A stretch of 32,000 bases of DNA, from positions 1,230,001-1,262,000 of the forward strand of contig NC_014972.1 in NCBI RefSeq assembly GCF_000186885.1. The letters are read 5' to 3'. The notes beneath the pieces are model-generated. The model saw only the letters and a list, made by a program, of their open reading frames with translations, ran no database searches and had not been told where the DNA came from. Made by a program: the position numbers and the translations under genes. Position 1 is the stretch's first letter. The number at the start of each line of letters is the position of its first letter. Of the stretch, positions 27,227 to 32,000 are shown one piece after another. Origin of the DNA: Desulfobulbus propionicus DSM 2032 (GTDB lineage Bacteria; Desulfobacterota; Desulfobulbia; Desulfobulbales; Desulfobulbaceae).

Positions 27227-27625
27227 TTGACCATTGTATTCGTAGCGAAAAATTTTTCCCGCTTCTCGATTCTGGTGACCCGTCTGCGGCGCGAACAGGA
27301 CGTGGAACTGGTTCCGGTGGCCACTGGAGCCGCCGGGTTGGAGCAGCTCAAGAATAAACGCCTGGATTTGGTGATCGTCGATGAGCAGCTTGATGACATG
27401 AGCGGCGTTGATTTTGTCAAACAACTGGTGAAAGTCAACCCGTTGGCCAACACTGCCATTGTCGGTTCCCTGCCAGATGCGGAGTTCCACGAAGTCACCG
27501 AGGGGTTGGGCGTCTTGATGCAGCTGCCCCCGCAGCCGGGCGAGCGGGACGCAGAGGCACTGTTGGCCGTGCTGTCGAAGATTTTCGGGTTACTGCAAGT
27601 ACCTCCCAAACAGGAGGCCGCATGA
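27227..27625 (+). CDS. Receiver-like (CheY-fold) domain protein lacking phosphorylation-pocket residues (pseudo-receiver)
   Basis: REC-like pattern TIVFVAKN...LDLVIVDEQLDDMSG...NTAIVGS...VLMQLPP. The TTG start at 27227 lies 9 nt after AGGAG. The stop overlaps the next ATG (ATGA at 27622-27625). Confidence 0.6.
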   Translation: MTIVFVAKNFSRFSILVTRLRREQDVELVPVATGAAGLEQLKNKRLDLVIVDEQLDDMSGVDFVKQLVKVNPLANTAIVGSLPDAEFHEVTEGLGVLMQLPPQPGERDAEALLAVLSKIFGLLQVPPKQEAA

Positions 27626-28488
27626 TTATCAGCGTGGCCAGCGGCAAGGGCGGTACCGGCAAGACCACGGTGGCCACCAACTTGGCCATGGCGCTTGGTA
27701 GCGGCGTGGAGCTGCTTGATTGCGATGTCGAGGAGCCCAATGCCCATTTATTTCTGCAGCCAACCATCGAGCACAGCGAGCAGGTGAACACGCCCATCCC
27801 CCTGGTGAATGAATCCAAATGCACCTTTTGCAGAAAATGCTCCGATATTTGCCGCTTCAATGCCTTGGCCGTGGTGGGCAAGCGGGTGCTAATCTTTGCC
27901 GAACTCTGTCACAGCTGCGGCGGCTGCATGCTGGTCTGCCCCGAAGGCGCGATCACCGAGACCGGACGGGAGTTGGGGACGCTCGACTTCGGCCATCGTG
28001 GCGATATCCGTTTCATCAATGGCCGGTTGCGGGTGGGCGAGGCCATGTCGCCCCCTTTGATCAAACGGGTCCGGGCCGAAGCGAACCCCCAACGGCTCAC
28101 CATTGTCGACGCGCCGCCGGGCACCTCCTGTCCGGTGATTGCCGCCATGCTTGACGCGGATTTCGTCCTGCTGGTCACCGAGCCCACCCCGTTTGGCCTG
28201 CATGACCTGCGGCTGGCGGTGGCGGCGGTCAAACTGCTCGGCATTCCCGCCGGGCTGGTGGTCAACCGCGCCGACCTCGGCGACGATCAGGTCTTTGCCT
28301 ACGCCGAGGTCGAGGGATTGCCGCTACTCATGGCCATCCCCTTTGACCGGCGTATCGCCGAGGCCTATTCGCGCGGCCGGCTGATCGTGGAGGAGCTGCC
28401 CGAGTGGCGCGAAAAATTCATCCAACTGTCTCAACGGATAGAAACCATCGTCAACAGGAGCACGGCGGCAACATGCGTGAACTCGTAA
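27622..28488 (+). CDS. MinD/ParA-type P-loop ATPase with inserted 2x[4Fe-4S] ferredoxin domain (copy 1)
   Basis: Deviant Walker A SGKGGTGKTT. Ferredoxin motifs CTFCRKCSDIC and CHSCGGCMLVCP. Conserved DAPPGTSCPV Cys motif. Confidence 0.9.
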   Translation: MIISVASGKGGTGKTTVATNLAMALGSGVELLDCDVEEPNAHLFLQPTIEHSEQVNTPIPLVNESKCTFCRKCSDICRFNALAVVGKRVLIFAELCHSCGGCMLVCPEGAITETGRELGTLDFGHRGDIRFINGRLRVGEAMSPPLIKRVRAEANPQRLTIVDAPPGTSCPVIAAMLDADFVLLVTEPTPFGLHDLRLAVAAVKLLGIPAGLVVNRADLGDDQVFAYAEVEGLPLLMAIPFDRRIAEAYSRGRLIVEELPEWREKFIQLSQRIETIVNRSTAATCVNS

Positions 28489-29378
28489 TCATCAGCGGCA
28501 AGGGCGGCACCGGCAAGACCAGCCTGACCGCTGCTTTTGCCGCCTTGGCCCACAACAGTATACTCTGCGACGCCGATGTCGACGCCGCCGACCTGCACCT
28601 GCTGATGCAGCCAGCAGTGCGGCAGCGCACCGACTTCATGGGCGGCAGCAAAGCCGTGATCAACCCCGACCTGTGCACCGGATGCGGGACCTGTCGTAGC
28701 CTCTGCCGCTTCGGAGCCATCACCGAAGCCTTTGAGGTCGACCCCATCCGGTGCGAGGGTTGCGGTGTTTGTGTGGATTTCTGCCCGGAGGCGGCCATCG
28801 ATTTTCCGGTGCAGCGCTGCGGCGAATGGTACATCTCAGAAACCCGCTTCGGTCCCATGGTCCATGCCCGCCTGGGGATCGCCGAGGAGAACTCGGGCAA
28901 GCTGGTCAGCCTGGTGCGCAAGGAGACTCGGCAGCTCGCCGAGAGGCACGGTTGCGATTTGATGCTGACCGACGGTCCGCCGGGCATCGGCTGCCCGGTG
29001 ATCGCCGCCATCGGCGGGGCCACCGCCCTGGTGATCGTGGTCGAACCGACCGTTTCCGGCATCCACGACATGGAGCGGGTGATCGATCTTGCCGCCCATT
29101 TCAAGGTGCCGGGCATGGTCTGCGTCAACAAGTTCGATCTCAACCCGGAGATGACCGAGGCCATTGAAACCCTGGCTGCCAAGCGCAACGCCGCCTTGCT
29201 TGGCCGGGTGCCCTTTGATCCAATTTTCACCCGGTCGATGGTGGCCGGCAAGACCCTGTTCGAATTCGGTGAAGAGTCGCCGACCCATCAGCGGGTGCGG
29301 GAGATCTGGGCCAAAATCATCAATTCACCGTCCATGAACCCGTTGGGGATCGTGGACTTCAACGCAACGATTCAATAA
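28473..29378 (+). CDS. MinD/ParA-type P-loop ATPase with inserted 2x[4Fe-4S] ferredoxin domain (copy 2)
   Basis: SGKGGTGKTS, CTGCGTCRSLC, CEGCGVCVDFCP and DGPPGIGCPV. ATG at 28473 follows AGGAG and overlaps the upstream gene by 16 nt. Confidence 0.9.
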   Translation: MRELVIISGKGGTGKTSLTAAFAALAHNSILCDADVDAADLHLLMQPAVRQRTDFMGGSKAVINPDLCTGCGTCRSLCRFGAITEAFEVDPIRCEGCGVCVDFCPEAAIDFPVQRCGEWYISETRFGPMVHARLGIAEENSGKLVSLVRKETRQLAERHGCDLMLTDGPPGIGCPVIAAIGGATALVIVVEPTVSGIHDMERVIDLAAHFKVPGMVCVNKFDLNPEMTEAIETLAAKRNAALLGRVPFDPIFTRSMVAGKTLFEFGEESPTHQRVREIWAKIINSPSMNPLGIVDFNATIQ

Positions 29379-29405
29379 CAAATAAAGGAACAAGGAGAAA
29401 AACCA

Positions 29406-29780
29406 ATGGTGCGATTAGCCATTCCCTCCGAGGGACAAGGCGGGCTGGACGGCATGCGGGCCGGTCATTTCGGGCACTGCGACGTGTTTACCTGCATCGA
29501 TGTCGAGGACGGCCAGATCAAGCAGGTCTCGATCCTGCCCAACCAGGAGCATGTGCAGGGCGGCTGCATGGTGCCGGTCACCCTGCTGGCCCAGGCAGGC
29601 GTCAACGCCCTGGTGGTTGGCGGCATCGGCATGCGGCCGCTGATGGGTTTTCGTCAGGTCGGCATCGAGGTCTACCACGACGGTGTCCGTCCGGAGATCC
29701 GGCCGGTGGTCGAGGACTTCATCGCCGGCAACCTGCCGAAAATCGCTGACAACCAGGTCTGCGGTGGCGGCGGTCACTGA
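29406..29780 (+). CDS. NifB/NifX-family small protein (HFGHC subtype)
   Basis: RLAIPSEG...GHFGHCDVFTCIDV...GVNALVVGGIGMRPL. Strong SD (AAGGAGAAA). Confidence 0.85.
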   Translation: MVRLAIPSEGQGGLDGMRAGHFGHCDVFTCIDVEDGQIKQVSILPNQEHVQGGCMVPVTLLAQAGVNALVVGGIGMRPLMGFRQVGIEVYHDGVRPEIRPVVEDFIAGNLPKIADNQVCGGGGH

Positions 29781-29801
29781 CCTGAACGGCAAGGAGGAAG
29801 A

Positions 29802-30161
29802 ATGAAAATTGCGGTGACATCCAAGGGCGTCCTGCTGGACAGCGAGGTCGATCCCCGCTTTGGCCGGGCGCCGTATATCCTGATCGTCGAGACCGACACC
29901 ATGGCCTTCGAGGTGGTGGATAACAGCGACAACGTCAATGCCTTCAAGGGGGCGGGCATTCAGGCGGCGACCATGGTCAGCGACAAGGGCGCCAAGGTGC
30001 TGATGACCGGCTATTGCGGCCCGAAGGCCTTCGCCACCCTGGAGGCTGCCGAGATCAAGGTGGTCAGCGACGTGACCGGCAAGGTTCGCGATGCGGTGGC
30101 CGATTTCAAGGCGGGCAAGATACTCTATTCGACGGCGGCCAACAAGGAGGCCCACTGGTAA
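29802..30161 (+). CDS. NifB/NifX-family small protein (RFGRAPY subtype)
   Basis: MKIAVTSKG...VDPRFGRAPYILIVE...GAKVLMTGYCGPKAF. Strong SD (AAGGAGGAAG). Confidence 0.85.
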   Translation: MKIAVTSKGVLLDSEVDPRFGRAPYILIVETDTMAFEVVDNSDNVNAFKGAGIQAATMVSDKGAKVLMTGYCGPKAFATLEAAEIKVVSDVTGKVRDAVADFKAGKILYSTAANKEAHW

Positions 30162-30194
30162 GGCGTACTGGAGCCAATCCGTCGATAAAACGAA

Positions 30195-30240
30195 AGCCGG
30201 ACAGCGGGGCGACATGTTCGCCTCCTGCCCGGCTTTTTTT
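30195..30240. terminator. Bidirectional intrinsic terminator shared by the cluster and the convergent MCP gene
   Basis: An interrupted stem of about 15 bp (AGCCGGACAGCGGGGCG...CGCCTCCTGCCCGGCT) is followed by T7 on the + strand and by TTTCGTTTTAT on the - strand. Confidence 0.7.
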
Positions 30241-30270
30241 GTAGATATACAACTTGAAAGTAAGTTGGAA

Positions 30271-32000
30271 TCAGATCTTGAAGGTGTTGACGATCCCCTG
30301 GAGCTCGTTGGCCAGCTGCTGCAGGGTGTCGGCACTCGCCTTGACCTGCCGGCTGCTGCCGGTGATTTCGTTGGCCGCCTGGTTGACTCCGGCGATGTCC
30401 TGGGTGATGGTGCCGGCCACGGCTGAACTCTGGCTGACATTTTCGTTGACCTCGGCCAGTCCCTGCGAGGCTTGGGCGATGTTGTCGGCGATCTCCCCGG
30501 TGGCCGCCGACTGTTCACCCACCGCAGTGGAGATGGTGGCCACGATTTCGTTGATGCTGTTGATAATCTTGGTGATTTGGTTGATCTCCTCCACCGTCGA
30601 CTGGGTGGTGCCCTGAACGCCGGCGATCTGGTTTTTGATATCCTGGGTGGCGGCGGCGGTCTGTTTGGCCAGTTCCTTGATTTCGTTGGCGACCACGGCA
30701 AAGCCCTTGCCGGCCTCGCCGGCCCGGGCCGCCTCGATGGTGGCGTTGAGCGCCAGCAGGTTGGTCTGCTCGGAGATCTCGGTGATCGCCTCGGTGACCT
30801 TGCCGATCGCCTGCGCCGCCTGACCCAGTTCTGCCATCTTGTTCGAGGTGCTGGCCGCCTGGTGCACTGCCTTTTCCGAGATCGAATGGGCCTGTTCGGC
30901 GTTCTGGGCGATCTGGTTGATGGTCGCGGTCATCTGTTCGGCGGCGCTGGCCACCATGGTGGTGTTGGTGGTCGATTGCTCCATGGCCGCGGCCACGCCG
31001 TTGAGGTTGGCGCTCATCTCCTCGGCAGCGGTGGCCACGTTGTTGGCTCGACCCGAGGTATGTTCGGCATTCTTGGAAAGCGCGGCGGCAATCCCGGCCA
31101 GTTCGCCGACCGACAGATGCACCGACTGGGTGTTGCTGCTGATTCGGCCGATGATCTGTTGCAGTTTTTCGATGAAAACATTGAACCAGGTGGCCAATTC
31201 GCCGACCTCATCCTTGGAGGTGACAGCCAGGCGCATGGTCAGATCGCCCTCGCCCTGGGCGATGTCCTTGAGTCCCTCCACGGCCTTGTTGATCGGTTTG
31301 GTGATTGCCGTTGCCGCCAGAAAGATAAGGACGGCGGCCAGCAGCAAGGAAGTCATGGCGATCCACAGGATGGTCCGCTTCAGGGCATTGACGCTGGCGA
31401 GAAACTCATTCGATTCCTGCGTCGCCGCCACGCTCCAGCCGGTGGTGGCAATCGGCGCGTAACCGGCAATCTTGTCCAGTCCCTGGTAAACGTATTTCTC
31501 CACACCGGTCTTGCCCGCCATCATGGCGTTGGTGATGGTTTCCATGCCCTTGAGTGTCTTCAAATCGAGTTGAAGGACATTCTTCTCCACCACATGGGCA
31601 ATGATGATGCCGTCCTTGTTGATCATGAAGGCATAGCCGGTTTCGCTGATTTTGTTGTCCGTCACCAGGTGGGTCAGGGCAGAGGCCTTCATCGACATCC
31701 CGAATGCCCCGAGAAATTCGCCGGAATCCGAGAGAACAGGCGCGCAGGCGACACTGATGATTTCCCCGGTTTTTTGCGAACGCACCACATCGCCGAACAC
31801 GGGCTTGCCGCTTTGCTTCACCGTCTGGAAGTAGGGCCGCTCGGCGATGTTGGAGCCCTTGTACTCGCTGCCGTCGGCCAGTTCGCCGGTGTAAAGCGTG
31901 CCCTTGGCATCGGTGATAAAGATACCCAGGTAATTGTTCCCCAGGGTCTTGAACTTGGTCTTCATCAGCTGGCGGAGAACCTGAATGGACGAAGCGGCGC
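30271..32000 (-). CDS. Methyl-accepting chemotaxis protein with periplasmic Cache-like domain, 5'-truncated by window edge
   Basis: Cache-like ligand domain, a TM helix ([23 protein letters not shown]), HAMP, and a highly conserved signalling hairpin ([35 protein letters not shown]). The frame stays open upstream of the Met at 31965 to the window edge, and no first TM helix is seen. Confidence 0.9.
   Translation of the reverse strand, partial: AASSIQVLRQLMKTKFKTLGNNYLGIFITDAKGTLYTGELADGSEYKGSNIAERPYFQTVKQSGKPVFGDVVRSQKTGEIISVACAPVLSDSGEFLGAFGMSMKASALTHLVTDNKISETGYAFMINKDGIIIAHVVEKNVLQLDLKTLKGMETITNAMMAGKTGVEKYVYQGLDKIAGYAPIATTGWSVAATQESNEFLASVNALKRTILWIAMTSLLLAAVLIFLAATAITKPINKAVEGLKDIAQGEGDLTMRLAVTSKDEVGELATWFNVFIEKLQQIIGRISSNTQSVHLSVGELAGIAAALSKNAEHTSGRANNVATAAEEMSANLNGVAAAMEQSTTNTTMVASAAEQMTATINQIAQNAEQAHSISEKAVHQAASTSNKMAELGQAAQAIGKVTEAITEISEQTNLLALNATIEAARAGEAGKGFAVVANEIKELAKQTAAATQDIKNQIAGVQGTTQSTVEEINQITKIINSINEIVATISTAVGEQSAATGEIADNIAQASQGLAEVNENVSQSSAVAGTITQDIAGVNQAANEITGSSRQVKASADTLQQLANELQGIVNTFKI

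Noticed and set aside
29415-30701. 428-aa minus-strand ORF
   Set aside because: It is antisense to the two NifX-like genes, crosses the terminator and is out of frame with the MCP. Its Pro/Ser/Arg-rich composition marks it as spurious.

Overview
This is a GC-rich chromosomal segment. Its gene content looks like an anaerobic delta-proteobacterium (Desulfuromonas/Geobacter-like), but that placement is inference only. I support about 27 protein-coding genes. I saw no rRNA, tRNA, CRISPR array, IS element or integrase. Many long ORFs in the supplied track are antisense or out-of-frame shadows typical of high-GC DNA.

Genes from left to right:
- RNase G (5' part; the ORF runs off the left edge)
- a GT2 glycosyltransferase translationally coupled to a spore-photoproduct-lyase-family radical SAM protein
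- a small hypothetical protein
- a CysZ/EI24-like membrane protein
- a processive membrane GT2 synthase behind a near-consensus sigma-70 promoter
- a DUF2799 lipoprotein
- an RluA-family pseudouridine synthase
- a hybrid PAS histidine kinase
- a fused HyuA/HyuB 5-oxoprolinase
- a rhodanese-MBL protein
- a YafK-like L,D-transpeptidase-fold protein
- a CinA-like MoCF-domain protein
- adenine deaminase
- an MFS transporter
- a zinc-ribbon SAM methyltransferase
- a tetR-crotonase-CoADR/rhodanese operon

The most interesting part is 24.7-30.2 kb. A Cys-containing PAS sigma-54 enhancer-binding protein sits directly upstream of a good -24/-12 promoter. That promoter drives a tightly packed seven-gene cluster:
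- NifX-like A
- DUF5320
- an internal intrinsic terminator
- a pseudo-receiver
- two MinD-type ATPases with inserted 2x[4Fe-4S] ferredoxin domains
- NifX-like B and C

No nitrogenase genes are nearby. I read this as an uncharacterised, conditionally expressed metallocluster or Fe-S handling module. A Cache-type MCP runs off the right edge. All family calls come from reading motifs by eye, with no database searches.
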